Below are positions 18,913 through 29,105 of a DNA stretch of 32,000 bases, piece after piece. The position numbers and the translations under genes were made by a program. The stretch is from the NCBI GenBank assembly GCA_045690015.1, contig CP145877.1, positions 330,001-362,000 of the forward strand, given 5' to 3'. The stretch comes from Candidatus Saccharimonadota bacterium. Its GTDB lineage: Bacteria > Pseudomonadota > Gammaproteobacteria > Enterobacterales > Enterobacteriaceae. Within the stretch, counting starts at the first letter, position 1; each line of letters begins with the position of its first letter. The notes below the pieces were generated by a model. The model was given only the letters and a program-made list of their open reading frames with translations. It did not search any database and had not been told where the DNA came from.

Positions 18913-20718
18913 TTAAACTAGAACAATACTTTGTTCATCAATGTTTGCATGAAAAAAACGACATAAGATGTCTAAAGATGGGTCTGAAAAGATTGACTGA
19001 CGTGCAATATCAAGTTGTTCCTCATAAAAATTGTTTATTAATTCTAATGGAGTCTTTATTTTTGGATCATTGTTTTCAACAAAACTAATTTCAAGCTTTT
19101 TTCCTAAAAAATTCATCAATGCTTCCGATAATATTTTCTGTGAAGATACAGTATTTAAATACTGTTTATTGGATCTAAAATATAATCGAATTTTACATTC
19201 TTTCTGTTCTTTACAACAGTTTAAGGCTAATTCTTGTGCTAATGAAGATAGTGAAAGCTTAAATATTTCCGCTATCCATGTATTCTGAAGCAATTTTTTT
19301 TTTAATTTGCTGAAGAAGAATTGATAATTGGTATTTTTAATATTATTTGGTACTTTATCAGTTATAAATGATGAAATATCTTCATATTTTAAAAAGGTAT
19401 TTTTTTTTAATGTGGCATTTTTAGATGGTGTTGTCAATAAAGGCTTGTTAATTTCTTTAGTTTTGCATATTAGTTGATTTTTAGCTGAAATAAGTTGATT
19501 AGTAAGATTTTTATTATGCAAATTCTGATTTTTTAATAATATAGGTTCATTTGCGTCATCTTGTGCTTCCAAGTAATTATTTAGATCAGTATTAATTGGA
19601 GATTGGATTAATGGATTTTTATAATTAAATGCAAGAGCTCGTAATATCGTCATCTCTACACCTATTTTTTTAGTAGGTGCCATGGATAGTTCTTTTCGTC
19701 CTTGTATTATTATATGATAATAATTTTGAACATTTTTCGATGATATGGTAAGTGCTAGTTTTTTTAATCGTTGTAAAATCTCATTTTTCAGTTGAATATT
19801 TTGCTTAAATTGTTCTTCTGGTAAACATTGTAGCCTAGCTATATAATATAATAATTTTAACAGGTCTATCAACAATACTTCCCAATCTATAGTAGATATC
19901 ATAGCAAATTGATTTAATAGTTTAATCACTTGGTTAGAATTAATATATATAATACCTTCTAATAACTCTAATATTTGCGATTCATTTAAAGTACCAAGCA
20001 TAGTGTTAATTAATTTTACAGAAATCTTGTCATTTCCTAAAATAATTGCTTGTTCTGCAATTGTCAGAGCATCTCTCATACTGCCATTAGCAATTTTTGA
20101 AATTAATTCTAATGCATCTAAATCAAAAAGAACCTTTTCTTTTTCTAAAATATACTTTAATCGCAATGATATTACATTTTCATCTAAAGTTCTTAAATGA
20201 AAATGTAAACAACGCGATAAAATTGTCATAGGGATCTTATCAAGATCAGTGGTTGCCAGCAAAAATTTAACATAGTTGGGTGGCTCTTCGAGAGTTTTTA
20301 ACAATGCATTAAAGCTATGCCTTGAAAGCATGTGAATTTCATCAATAACGTATACTTTATAACGTCCTTTAACTGGTACATATTGAACGTTATCTATTAA
20401 TTCACGAATTTCTTCAACTTTAGTGCGAGAAGCTGCATCTATTTCAATAACATCAATAAAATTTCCATTCATAATTTCTTGACAAGGTATACATTGTCCA
20501 CATGGTTCAGCTGTAATATTGACTTCACAGTTCATTCCTTTTGCAAATAAGCGCGCAATAGTTGTTTTCCCAATTCCATGGGTACCGGAAAATAGATAAG
20601 CATGATGAATTTTTTGTGATTTCAGAGTATTAATCAAAGCAGTAATAGGAATATTTTGACCAATAAGATCTGAAAAAGATTGTGGTCTCCATTTTCTTGT
20701 TAATACTTCATAATTCAT
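18913..20718 (-). CDS. dnaX: DNA polymerase III tau subunit DnaX (601 aa)
   Basis: It starts MNYEVLTRKWRPQSF.DL.GQ and carries the Walker A GTHGIGKTT, the Zn module C..C..C..C (CEVNITAEPCGQCIPCQEI), VYVIDEIHMLS, FNALLKTLEEPP and LSRC. The dnaX-ybaB order matches E. coli. Confidence 0.96.
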   Translation of the reverse strand: MNYEVLTRKWRPQSFSDLIGQNIPITALINTLKSQKIHHAYLFSGTHGIGKTTIARLFAKGMNCEVNITAEPCGQCIPCQEIMNGNFIDVIEIDAASRTKVEEIRELIDNVQYVPVKGRYKVYVIDEIHMLSRHSFNALLKTLEEPPNYVKFLLATTDLDKIPMTILSRCLHFHLRTLDENVISLRLKYILEKEKVLFDLDALELISKIANGSMRDALTIAEQAIILGNDKISVKLINTMLGTLNESQILELLEGIIYINSNQVIKLLNQFAMISTIDWEVLLIDLLKLLYYIARLQCLPEEQFKQNIQLKNEILQRLKKLALTISSKNVQNYYHIIIQGRKELSMAPTKKIGVEMTILRALAFNYKNPLIQSPINTDLNNYLEAQDDANEPILLKNQNLHNKNLTNQLISAKNQLICKTKEINKPLLTTPSKNATLKKNTFLKYEDISSFITDKVPNNIKNTNYQFFFSKLKKKLLQNTWIAEIFKLSLSSLAQELALNCCKEQKECKIRLYFRSNKQYLNTVSSQKILSEALMNFLGKKLEISFVENNDPKIKTPLELINNFYEEQLDIARQSIFSDPSLDILCRFFHANIDEQSIVLV

Positions 20719-20805
20719 GAATACACCCTTTAATATAAATAAACCTCTTATAGTAAAGATTTTTCCTATTTCTATTATTACATCATTATTGATAATGAAA
20801 TAACA

Positions 20806-20829
20806 AATATTTTTTTATAAAAAAATATT
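20806..20829. repeat. Perfect 24-nt AT-only palindrome (aatatttttttataaaaaaatatt) in the dnaX|greA divergent spacer. Its function is unknown.
   Basis: Read directly from the sequence. It has a T7 run (20810-20816), the central 'at', and an A7 run (20819-20825), with flanks that are complementary out to 12 nt per arm. Confidence 0.6.
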
Positions 20830-20938
20830 ATAAAATTTGGAATTTACAAAAACAACTATATAAACTGTAAAAGATTCTCAATCTGAGATAATATAAGTTA
20901 ATAATTAAAATATATTTACGAGGATAAAGTTATTATCA

Positions 20939-21415
20939 ATGATAAAATTTCCAATGACTTTACAAGGAGCAAAAAAACTACGTGAAGAACTAAATGAGTT
21001 AAAAATGATTAATCGTCCTAGAATTATTGCTTCTATATCAGAAGCTCGCAAATATGGTGATCTTAAAGAAAATGCTGAATATCATGCAGCTCGTGAACAA
21101 CAGGCATTCAATGAAAGTCGTATTAAGCAAATTGAAATCAAACTTTCTCATGCACAAATTATTGATATTACCAAGATTCCTTTTAGGAATAGAATTATAT
21201 TTGGATCAACAGTTACAATACTGAATCTTGATAATTCCAATAAATATATCTATCGTATAGTAGGTGATGATGAATCAGATCATAAAAAACAGCTCATTTC
21301 TATCAATTCTCCCCTTGCACGAGGATTAATAGGAAAAAAAATATCTGATATGGTTTTAATTAAGACACCTAGTGGAAATTGTAAGTATCAAATATTAAAT
21401 ATACAATATATTTAG
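20939..21415 (+). CDS. greA: Transcription elongation factor GreA
   Basis: [15 protein letters not shown]...[38 protein letters not shown] is collinear with E. coli GreA (158 aa). Confidence 0.97.
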   Translation: MIKFPMTLQGAKKLREELNELKMINRPRIIASISEARKYGDLKENAEYHAAREQQAFNESRIKQIEIKLSHAQIIDITKIPFRNRIIFGSTVTILNLDNSNKYIYRIVGDDESDHKKQLISINSPLARGLIGKKISDMVLIKTPSGNCKYQILNIQYI

Positions 21416-21473
21416 CATATAATAAATACTTATAAACGATTTTATCGTATAAGGTATTATTTGATAATAAACA

Positions 21474-22100
21474 ATGAGTCATAAAAGATATTTGTCTAGA
21501 TCCTGGTGGCTGCAAGAACATTTAAATGATAAATATGTAAAGCAAGCAAAAAAAATGGGCATGCGATCACGAGCATGGTTTAAACTTGATGAAATACAGA
21601 AATGCGATAATTTATTTAAACCTAACATGATTGTTATTGATTTAGGTGCAGCTCCGGGTAGTTGGTCACAATATGCAATTCAAAAAATTGGATCAAAAGG
21701 ACAGGTAATTGCTTGTGATATTTTACCTATTAATCCTATTAAGGATGTTCATTTTTTACAAGGAGATTGTACCAATAGATATGTACGTAAAAACTTACTC
21801 CGTATGATCAATAATAATAAGGCTCAGTTAATTATGTCTGATATGTCACCTAATCTCAGTGGTTTTTATGCAGCTGATATTCCTAGAATAATTTACTTAG
21901 CAGAAATTGCATTAGAAATATGTAATCTAACTTTAGATTGTCAGGGAAATTTTCTGGTAAAAATGTTTTATGGAGAAGGATTTGATCAATACTTACAAAA
22001 GGTTAGTACATTATTCAACAAGGTAAAAATTAGAAAACCCGACGCTTCACGTGCACGATCGCGTGAAGTATATATTGTTGCTACTGATTTTAAAAAATAA
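21474..22100 (+). CDS. rlmE: 23S rRNA (U2552-2'-O)-methyltransferase RlmE (FtsJ/RrmJ)
   Basis: It has [26 protein letters not shown], the SAM-binding motif [12 protein letters not shown], and [16 protein letters not shown]. It is followed by ftsH, as in E. coli. Confidence 0.96.
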   Translation: MSHKRYLSRSWWLQEHLNDKYVKQAKKMGMRSRAWFKLDEIQKCDNLFKPNMIVIDLGAAPGSWSQYAIQKIGSKGQVIACDILPINPIKDVHFLQGDCTNRYVRKNLLRMINNNKAQLIMSDMSPNLSGFYAADIPRIIYLAEIALEICNLTLDCQGNFLVKMFYGEGFDQYLQKVSTLFNKVKIRKPDASRARSREVYIVATDFKK

Positions 22101-22126
22101 TAGAAGAGGCTGATTATTTGAATAAT

Positions 22127-23971
22127 ATGGCTAAAAATCTCTTTCTTTGGATGATTATAGCAATTGTTATGATGTCATTTTTTCATAACTTTAGTCTTAA
22201 TAAGATTAAGGCAGAAAAAGTTGATTATTCCACTTTTATATCCGAAGTAAATCAAGGTAAAATTAAAGAAGCTCGCATTAATGGAAGACAAATTCATGTA
22301 ATTAAAAAAGATAATAATAAATATATTACTTGGATTCCGATTAGTGATGCTAAACTACTTGATAATTTATTAACAAACAATGTTAAAGTGTTTGGTGAAC
22401 CTCCAGAAGAACCTAGTTTACTTACTTCAATTTTTATCTCATGGTTCCCTATGTTTTTACTTATTGGAATATGGGTATTTTTTATGCGGCAAATGCAAGG
22501 AAGTAGTGGTAGAGGAGCTATGTCTTTTGGTAAAAGTAAAGCTAGGATGTTAACTGAAGATGAAATTAAAACTACTTTTGCAGATGTTGCTGGATGTGAT
22601 GAAGCCAAAGAGGAGGTAGAAGAATTAGTAGAATATTTACGTCAACCAAGTAGATTTCAAAAATTAGGAGGTAAAATTCCAAAAGGAATATTAATGGTAG
22701 GTCCTCCTGGAACTGGTAAAACATTATTAGCTAAAGCTATTGCAGGAGAAGCTAAAGTACCCTTTTTTACTATCTCTGGTTCTGATTTTGTAGAAATGTT
22801 TGTCGGGGTTGGTGCATCACGTGTACGTGATATGTTTGAGCAAGCTAAAAAAACCGCTCCTTGTATTATTTTTATTGATGAAATAGATGCTGTAGGACGT
22901 CAAAGAGGGGCTGGATTAGGTGGTGGTCATGATGAACGCGAGCAGACTTTAAATCAGATGTTGGTAGAAATGGATGGTTTCGAAGGTAATGAAGGGATTA
23001 TTGTAATTGCGGCAACTAACCGTCCTGATGTTCTTGATCCAGCATTATTGAGACCTGGTAGATTTGATAGGCAGGTAATAGTTGGATTACCTGATATAAG
23101 AGGACGAGAAAAAATTTTAAAAATCCATATGCGCCGTGTTCCATTAGCTGCAGATATTGATGCTTTAGTTATTGCTCGTGGTACTCCAGGATTTTCAGGA
23201 GCAGATTTAGCTAATTTGGTTAATGAAGCAGCATTATTTGCTGCTCGTGATAATCGTCAAGTAGTATCTATGAGAGAATTTGAAAAAGCTAAAGATAAGA
23301 TTTTAATGGGTGCGGAACGTCGCTCTCTTGTAATGACTGAAGCTCAAAAGGAAGCTACTGCATATCATGAATCTGGACATGCTATTATTGGACGTTTAGT
23401 TCCTGAACATGATCCTGTACATAAAGTGACCATTATTCCTAGAGGTCGAGCATTAGGGGTTACTTTTTTTCTACCTGAAGCAGATGCTGTTAGTATAAGT
23501 AAACAAAAATTAGAGAGTCAAATTTCTACGTTATACGGAGGACGATTAGCGGAAGAATTAATCTATGGACCAGATCACGTTTCGACAGGTGCATCTAATG
23601 ATATAAAAATTGCTACTTCTTTAGCACGTAATATGGTTACTCAATGGGGATTCTCAGATAAATTAGGTCCGCTCTTATATGCAGATGAAGAGGGAGAAAT
23701 TTTTTTGGGACGTTCAGTTGCTAAAGCTAAACATATGTCTGATGATACTGCTCGCATTATTGATCAAGAAATTAAATTGCTAATTGATAAAAATTATCGA
23801 CGTGCTCGTAAAATTTTACACGAAAACATAGATATTTTACATGCGATGAAGGATGCATTAATGAAATATGAAACTATTGATGCATTACAAATTGATGATT
23901 TAATGGCTCGAAAAAGTGTGCGCGTACCTACATGTTGGTTAAATAATGATAAGCGATCATCAGAATCATAA
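22127..23971 (+). CDS. ftsH: ATP-dependent zinc metalloprotease FtsH (HflB)
   Basis: [11 protein letters not shown] matches the E. coli N-terminus MAKNLILWLVI. It has Walker [14 protein letters not shown], Walker [33 protein letters not shown], and the Zn site HESGHA. An in-frame TTG at 22118 (the ORF-track start) has better spacing to 'aagagg' (22104-22109), so the start is uncertain by 9 nt. Confidence 0.96.
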   Translation: MAKNLFLWMIIAIVMMSFFHNFSLNKIKAEKVDYSTFISEVNQGKIKEARINGRQIHVIKKDNNKYITWIPISDAKLLDNLLTNNVKVFGEPPEEPSLLTSIFISWFPMFLLIGIWVFFMRQMQGSSGRGAMSFGKSKARMLTEDEIKTTFADVAGCDEAKEEVEELVEYLRQPSRFQKLGGKIPKGILMVGPPGTGKTLLAKAIAGEAKVPFFTISGSDFVEMFVGVGASRVRDMFEQAKKTAPCIIFIDEIDAVGRQRGAGLGGGHDEREQTLNQMLVEMDGFEGNEGIIVIAATNRPDVLDPALLRPGRFDRQVIVGLPDIRGREKILKIHMRRVPLAADIDALVIARGTPGFSGADLANLVNEAALFAARDNRQVVSMREFEKAKDKILMGAERRSLVMTEAQKEATAYHESGHAIIGRLVPEHDPVHKVTIIPRGRALGVTFFLPEADAVSISKQKLESQISTLYGGRLAEELIYGPDHVSTGASNDIKIATSLARNMVTQWGFSDKLGPLLYADEEGEIFLGRSVAKAKHMSDDTARIIDQEIKLLIDKNYRRARKILHENIDILHAMKDALMKYETIDALQIDDLMARKSVRVPTCWLNNDKRSSES

Positions 23972-24095
23972 CGTTATGAGATTCTTTTATTGTAATCAAT
24001 TATATGTATAGTATAGTTATACGGTTATTATAGCAAAATAAATATTGTTCGGTTCTTATAAAGTAATGTAATAAAATATTAGGATTATATAGAAT

Positions 24096-24398
24096 ATGCA
24101 TGAGATAATTTTAACTATTTTCCTTATTGTAGCAGTAATACTAATTACTTTAATTTTAATTCATCATGGTTATGGAAATGAAATAGGAACAACTAATGCA
24201 ACTCCTACTAATGCATCATCTACATTTTTTGGTTCTCAGGGTTCCCGAAATTTCTTGAATCGAATTATAACCTTGTTAGCCTTTATATTTATTATTACTA
24301 TTTTAATACTAGATAATATCATTTATAAAACTGAAAATCAGTGGTCTAATATTACACCACCAAAAATTCATGTAAAGAATCAAAAAACCGTTCATTAA
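24096..24398 (+). CDS. secG: Preprotein translocase subunit SecG
   Basis: This 100-aa protein has two hydrophobic helices. ..FLIVA........G.G...G........FFGS.GS.NF..R....LA..F is collinear with E. coli SecG, and it lies immediately upstream of tRNA-Leu (the secG-leuU arrangement). Confidence 0.88.
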   Translation: MHEIILTIFLIVAVILITLILIHHGYGNEIGTTNATPTNASSTFFGSQGSRNFLNRIITLLAFIFIITILILDNIIYKTENQWSNITPPKIHVKNQKTVH

Positions 24399-24454
24399 TA
24401 TCTAGTTAAAACTCACCTTTTTCTTCACCTGATTGAATCAAATAAAATTAAAGT

Positions 24455-24541
24455 GCCGAGGTGGTGAAATTGGTAGACACGCTACTTTGAGGGGGTAGTG
24501 CCTTATTAGGCTTGCGGGTTCAAATCCCGTTCTCGGTACCA
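24455..24541 (+). tRNA. leuU: tRNA-Leu, anticodon GAG (class II long variable arm), CCA encoded
   Basis: gccgaggtggtgaaattggtagacacgctactttgagggggtagtgccttattaggcttgcgggttcaaatcccgttctcggtacca folds by hand. The acceptor is GCCGAGG/UCUCGGU with G-U ends, the anticodon loop uuGAGgg, the T-arm gcggg-ttcaaat-cccgt, and the 3' end ACCA. It closely resembles E. coli leuU. Confidence 0.95.
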
Positions 24542-24616
24542 ATAAATTTTTACATTGATAATGGTTGAATTTTATCTATAACCGGTATATATTAATCAAA
24601 GAAATTAATATTTTTA

Positions 24617-24690
<74 letters not shown>

Positions 24691-24764
24691 CCCATAAAAA
24701 TCTTGTTATGCAAGAACAAATGTGGTGAATTTTAAAAATTATAAAATTTTTAAATATCAATACT

Positions 24765-24791
24765 AAAAACCCCGAAAATTCGGGGTTTTTT
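24765..24791 (+). terminator. Rho-independent terminator downstream of tRNA-fMet
   Basis: aaaaaCCCCGaaaattCGGGGtttttt has a G/C stem at 24770-24774 / 24781-24785 (extendable by two A:T pairs), followed by T6 (24786-24791) and preceded by A5. It is the only GC-rich canonical terminator I could find in the window. Confidence 0.85.
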
Positions 24792-24976
24792 GTTATATAA
24801 AACTTTACTTCGAATAAGATAAAATCTAAAGGAGCTGAGTAGTATGCGTAGTTAATAAGTAACGCTAAGTTAGCTAATATTTATTATGGTATTTTGATCA
24901 TTCTAATCCCAAGGAAAATGGGACGAAATTTTATTATGTTCTATATTAAAATTCTTTCTTTATTGAGGCAATGAAG

Positions 24977-26449
24977 ATGAATAAAGATATTTTGGCTGTA
25001 GTAGAAGCAGTATCTAATGAAAAATCACTTCCACGTGAAAAATTATTTGAAGCGTTAGAGAGTGCACTAGCTACTGCAACCAAGAAAAAATCTGACACAG
25101 ATATTAATGTTCGTATTAGCATTGATCGAAATACCGGTGATCTTAATGTATTTCGACGATGGCTAATTGTTGAACAAGTGGTGCAACCAACGTGTGAAAT
25201 CACACTCGAAGCGGCACGAGTTGAAAATCAATCATTAAAAATTGGTGATTATATTGAGGAACAAATAGATCCAATAATTTTTGATCGTATTGCCAGTCAA
25301 ATTGCAAAACAAGTTATTGTACAAAAAGTTCGTGAAGCTGAAAGAAGTATGAAACTTGAGCAATTTTTTAAAAAAAAAGGTGAAATTATTACAGGAATAG
25401 TAAAAAGAGTAAACAGAGATTTTATTAAAATTGATGTTGGTAATAATACTGAAGCGGTGATTTTATATCAAGATATGTTACCACGAGAAAATTTTCATAT
25501 TGGTGATCGCATTCGAGGAGTATTATATTCTATACATCCTGAAGCCCGTGGTTCACAATTATTCATTAGTCGTTCTCGTCCTGAGATGTTATTAGAATTA
25601 TTTCGTATTGAGGTACCAGAAATTGCTGAACAGATAATTGAAATAAAAGCCACTGCTCGTGATCCGGGATCAAGATCAAAAATAGCTGTAAAAAGTAATG
25701 ATAAAAGAATTGATCCTATAGGAGCTTGTATAGGGATGCGAGGTTCCAGAGTACAGGCTATATCTAATGAGTTAAGAGGAGAACGTATTGATGTTTTATT
25801 ATGGGATGAAAATCCAGTACAGTTGGTAATTAATGCGATGGCACCGGCGGAAGTTAATACTATTGTGGTTGATGAAGATCAACATACTATGGATTTAGCA
25901 GTAGATGATAACTATTTAGCTATAGCTATTGGTAAGAATGGTCAAAATGTAAGATTAGCATCACAATTGAGTGGATGGCAATTAAACGTAATGAGTGTTT
26001 CAGATTTAAAACAAAAACATCAAGCTGAAGATCATGCTTCAATTGAAATGTTTACTAACCATCTAAATATTGATATAAAATTAGCTAATTTATTAGTAAA
26101 AGCTGGATTATCTTCCTTAGAAGAATTGGCTTATATTCCAATAAGTGAATTGTTAGAATTAGGAGAATTTGAGCGAGAAATGTTAAAAAAATTACGTAAT
26201 CGTGCGAAAGAGATATTAACTAAAAATATTAATAATAATAAATTGAGTTCAGTCCATCAATTACTCAAAATTCGGGAATTAAATCCTACTTTAGCATCTA
26301 AATTAGTAGAAAAAGGTATTTCTTCGTTAGAAGACTTAGCAGAACAAGGCATTGATGATCTTTTGGATATTGAAGGCTTAAATAATGAACAAGCGGGTAA
26401 ATTAATTATGGCCGCTCGTAATATCTGTTGGTTCAATAATGAGGTATGA
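24977..26449 (+). CDS. nusA: Transcription termination/antitermination factor NusA (full length, including the C-terminal acidic repeats)
   Basis: [38 protein letters not shown] matches E. coli [38 protein letters not shown]. It has S1 and KH motifs ([23 protein letters not shown]) and the C-terminal ARNICWF. The ATG at 24977 lies 8 nt after 'gagg', whereas the track's ATG at 24971 is only 2 nt after it. Confidence 0.96.
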   Translation: MNKDILAVVEAVSNEKSLPREKLFEALESALATATKKKSDTDINVRISIDRNTGDLNVFRRWLIVEQVVQPTCEITLEAARVENQSLKIGDYIEEQIDPIIFDRIASQIAKQVIVQKVREAERSMKLEQFFKKKGEIITGIVKRVNRDFIKIDVGNNTEAVILYQDMLPRENFHIGDRIRGVLYSIHPEARGSQLFISRSRPEMLLELFRIEVPEIAEQIIEIKATARDPGSRSKIAVKSNDKRIDPIGACIGMRGSRVQAISNELRGERIDVLLWDENPVQLVINAMAPAEVNTIVVDEDQHTMDLAVDDNYLAIAIGKNGQNVRLASQLSGWQLNVMSVSDLKQKHQAEDHASIEMFTNHLNIDIKLANLLVKAGLSSLEELAYIPISELLELGEFEREMLKKLRNRAKEILTKNINNNKLSSVHQLLKIRELNPTLASKLVEKGISSLEDLAEQGIDDLLDIEGLNNEQAGKLIMAARNICWFNNEV

Positions 26450-26466
26450 AAAAAGGAAACCATCTT

Positions 26467-29073
26467 ATGAAAGAGAGCACTATAAAATCTCTAGCAATAG
26501 AAATTAAAGCATCAGTAGATACTATCATCAAAATATTTAGGTCTCTAGGTATATATAAATCCGAAAGCGACTCGGTTACTAGCAAAGAAAAACAAATCCT
26601 CTTAAATAAAATTAAATTTAATAAAAAAAATCGATTAGAAGAATTAACTCTTACATTACAACGAAAAATACACAGCACATTAAATATACCTGGAACTGGA
26701 GGTATGAGTAAAAAAGTAAAAGTAGAAGTACGTAAAAAAAAAACGTATTTAAAAGAAACTAACTACATTCAAGAAGAAGATTATTCTGAAACCTCAGAAA
26801 GTAATAATGTAAGAGGTTCAGATTCTTTAGGACTCGATACTAAAAATCTAATTGTTAAAAACAACTTAATTAATAAAGATAGAAGAAAAAATCAAGATAA
26901 AGCACTCAGAGAAGCGGAGACGGCTGAATTTAAGCGTAAAGTTGAAGCTGTAGTACATCAAAAAATTGAAGAAGAAGCACGTCGTGTTGCAGAAGAAGCT
27001 CGTAAAATGGCAGCAGATATAAATTATGAATGGAAAGATATAGATATATTGGATGAAGAATTAAAAGAAGAAGATTCTCCTCTAAGCCAATCGAACTCGA
27101 AATATGGTCAACGTACTGAAGATGAGAATAATAGACGAAAGAGTGATCGTGGAATCCGCACAGATAAACCTAAATTGTCACGACAAAGAAAAAAATCTAA
27201 ACATTCTGAATCTAAAATAGATCGAGAAGAAGTACGAGTTGTAGCACGTAATAGTAAGAATAACCAACGCAAATTAAGTATTTTACAACAAAGCTTTAAT
27301 AAGCCAGTGCAAAATATTACGAGAAACGTTGTTCTTGGTGAAACTATTACGGTCGCAGAATTAGCTAATAAAATGGCTATGAAAAGTTCACAAATTATTA
27401 AGGTAATGATGAACATGGGTGCTATAGCTACTATTAATCAAATTATAGATCAAGAAACAGCACAATTAGTAGTAGAAGAATTAGGACATAAAGTAATTTT
27501 ACGTCGTGAAAATTATTTGGAAGAAGCAATTCTAACTGACCGAGATATGGGATTGATGGCTGAACCTCGAGCACCTGTAGTCACTATCATGGGACATGTT
27601 GATCATGGTAAAACATCATTGTTAGACTATATTAGATCGACAAAAATTGCCCAATATGAAGCTGGAGGTATAACTCAACGTATTGGTGCTTATCATGTAG
27701 AAATGGGAAATAGATTTATTACATTTATTGATACTCCTGGACATGCAGCATTTAGTGCCATGCGGATTCGTGGAGTAAAGTTAACCGATGTTATCGTATT
27801 AGTAGTAGCAGCTGATGATGGAGTAATGCCCCAAACTATAGAAGCAATTCAACATGCTAAAGCTGCTAAGGTTCCTATTATAGTGGCTATTAATAAAATT
27901 GATAAAGTAGAATCCAATTACGATAGAATAAAGAAGGAATTATCAGCATATGGAATTAATCCTGAACAATGGGGTGGTGATAACCAGTTTGTTTGTATTT
28001 CTGCTAAAACGGGAACAGGAATTGACGATCTTTTAGATGCAATTTTATTACAAGCCGAAATGTTACAACTAAAAGCTATTCATAAAGGTATGGCAAGTGG
28101 TGTAGTTATAGAATCTTTCATTGATAAGGGAAGAGGTCCAGTCGCAACAGTATTAATACGTGAAGGAACACTTAATAAAGGAGATATTGTACTATGTGGT
28201 TTTGAATATGGACGTGTAAGAACTATGTTAGATGAACAAGGTACTGAGGTTCTTGAAGCATCTCCTTCTATCCCGGTTGAAATTTTTGGTTTATCTGGTC
28301 TTCCCGTAGTAGGTGATATATTAACTGTAGTACGTGATGAAAAAAAAGCTCGTGAAGTTGCACTGTATCGTCAAGGTAAATATCGTGAAGTAAAATTATC
28401 TCATTTAAAAAAATCGGTTTTTGAAAATGTCTTTGATAATGTTACGAAGGAAAGAGGTTCTGAATTAAATATTATTTTAAAAGGTGATGCTCAAGGATCA
28501 GTAGAGGCTATTGTACAAGCATTAAATCAACTCTCTACCAATAAAATTGAGATAAAGATTCTCAGTTCAGGAGTAGGAGGTATTAGTGAAACGGATGCTA
28601 ACTTAGCAGCAGCTTCCAAAGCCATTATTATAGGATTTAATGTACGTGCTGATACTTCAGCACGCAAAATAATTGAAAAAGAGAGTTTAGATTTACGTTA
28701 CTATTCTGTAATTTATAATTTAATTGATGATGTTAAAGAATCTTTATTTGGTAGATTAAAACCCGAATATCAACCTAAAATTATTGGTTTAGCAGAAGTA
28801 AGAAGTATATTTAAATCACCTAAATTTGGATCTATAGCAGGGTGTCTGGTAAAAGATGGTATTGTTAAACGTCATAAACGCATTAGGGTTTTACGTGATA
28901 ATATTGTTATTTACGAGGGAAAATTAGAATCTCTACGTCATTTTAAGAATGATGTTAATGAAGTTAATAATGGACTAGAGTGTGGAATTGGAGTAAAAAA
29001 TTATAATGATATTCGGATTGGCGATTTGATTGAAGTTTTCGAAGAAATGGTAACCCAGGAAAAAACTTCTTAG
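26467..29073 (+). CDS. infB: Translation initiation factor IF-2
   Basis: The G-domain has [17 protein letters not shown] and [20 protein letters not shown] and the C-terminal [25 protein letters not shown] are collinear with E. coli IF2. I chose the ATG at 26467 ([10 protein letters not shown] matching E. coli MTDVTIKTLA, with 'aagga' 9 nt upstream). The track's ATG at 26446 overlaps the nusA stop (ATGA). Confidence 0.96.
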   Translation: MKESTIKSLAIEIKASVDTIIKIFRSLGIYKSESDSVTSKEKQILLNKIKFNKKNRLEELTLTLQRKIHSTLNIPGTGGMSKKVKVEVRKKKTYLKETNYIQEEDYSETSESNNVRGSDSLGLDTKNLIVKNNLINKDRRKNQDKALREAETAEFKRKVEAVVHQKIEEEARRVAEEARKMAADINYEWKDIDILDEELKEEDSPLSQSNSKYGQRTEDENNRRKSDRGIRTDKPKLSRQRKKSKHSESKIDREEVRVVARNSKNNQRKLSILQQSFNKPVQNITRNVVLGETITVAELANKMAMKSSQIIKVMMNMGAIATINQIIDQETAQLVVEELGHKVILRRENYLEEAILTDRDMGLMAEPRAPVVTIMGHVDHGKTSLLDYIRSTKIAQYEAGGITQRIGAYHVEMGNRFITFIDTPGHAAFSAMRIRGVKLTDVIVLVVAADDGVMPQTIEAIQHAKAAKVPIIVAINKIDKVESNYDRIKKELSAYGINPEQWGGDNQFVCISAKTGTGIDDLLDAILLQAEMLQLKAIHKGMASGVVIESFIDKGRGPVATVLIREGTLNKGDIVLCGFEYGRVRTMLDEQGTEVLEASPSIPVEIFGLSGLPVVGDILTVVRDEKKAREVALYRQGKYREVKLSHLKKSVFENVFDNVTKERGSELNIILKGDAQGSVEAIVQALNQLSTNKIEIKILSSGVGGISETDANLAAASKAIIIGFNVRADTSARKIIEKESLDLRYYSVIYNLIDDVKESLFGRLKPEYQPKIIGLAEVRSIFKSPKFGSIAGCLVKDGIVKRHKRIRVLRDNIVIYEGKLESLRHFKNDVNEVNNGLECGIGVKNYNDIRIGDLIEVFEEMVTQEKTS

Positions 29074-29105
29074 TTTTTTATTTTTATTAGTAGTAATTTT
29101 ATATA

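Noticed and set aside
19031-20200. Two + strand ORFs, 19031-19288 and 20003-20200, inside dnaX.
   Set aside because: Both are antisense shadows of dnaX.
20719-20938. I searched the dnaX|greA spacer for DnaA boxes, a 4.5S RNA (ffs-like GGAAGGAAGCAGCC core) or a small ORF.
   Set aside because: There was no match better than generic TTAT-containing AT-rich strings, no conserved SRP RNA core, and no ORF with an RBS.
21027-21224. A 65-aa same-strand alternate-frame ORF inside greA.
   Set aside because: It is embedded out of frame in a fully conserved greA. There is no RBS and the composition is Leu/Lys-rich, typical of an off-frame AT-rich translation.
21924-21939. aatcta-N4-6-tagatt palindromes inside coding sequence, in rlmE at 21924-21939 and in pnp at 31280-31299. 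Related atcta..tagat repeats occur in ycfH (about 4631-4650) and infB (about 27212-27226).
   Set aside because: These are shorter stems (5-7 bp) built from common AT-rich codon pairs (AAU CUA, UUA GAU, AAA UCU). They are probably a by-product of codon usage. They are mentioned only as context for the two intergenic hairpins.
22294-22608. A 104-aa - strand ORF inside ftsH.
   Set aside because: It is antisense to the conserved ftsH N-terminal region and is a shadow ORF.
24556-24590. A candidate sigma70 promoter for tRNA-fMet (ttgata-N16-tataac) between the two tRNAs.
   Set aside because: It is plausible, but -35/-10-like hexamers are abundant by chance in sequence this AT-rich, so I did not annotate it as a feature.
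24793-24976. A possible rimP pseudogene remnant between the metY terminator and nusA.
   Set aside because: All three forward frames are broken by stops every few codons, and I could align none convincingly to RimP by eye. I treat it as a spacer, and only the SD+ATG mini-ORF is noted in the findings.
24946-27416. Four - strand ORFs: 24946-25203, 26257-26463, 26433-26678 and 27108-27416.
   Set aside because: All are antisense to nusA or infB coding sequence and are shadow ORFs.
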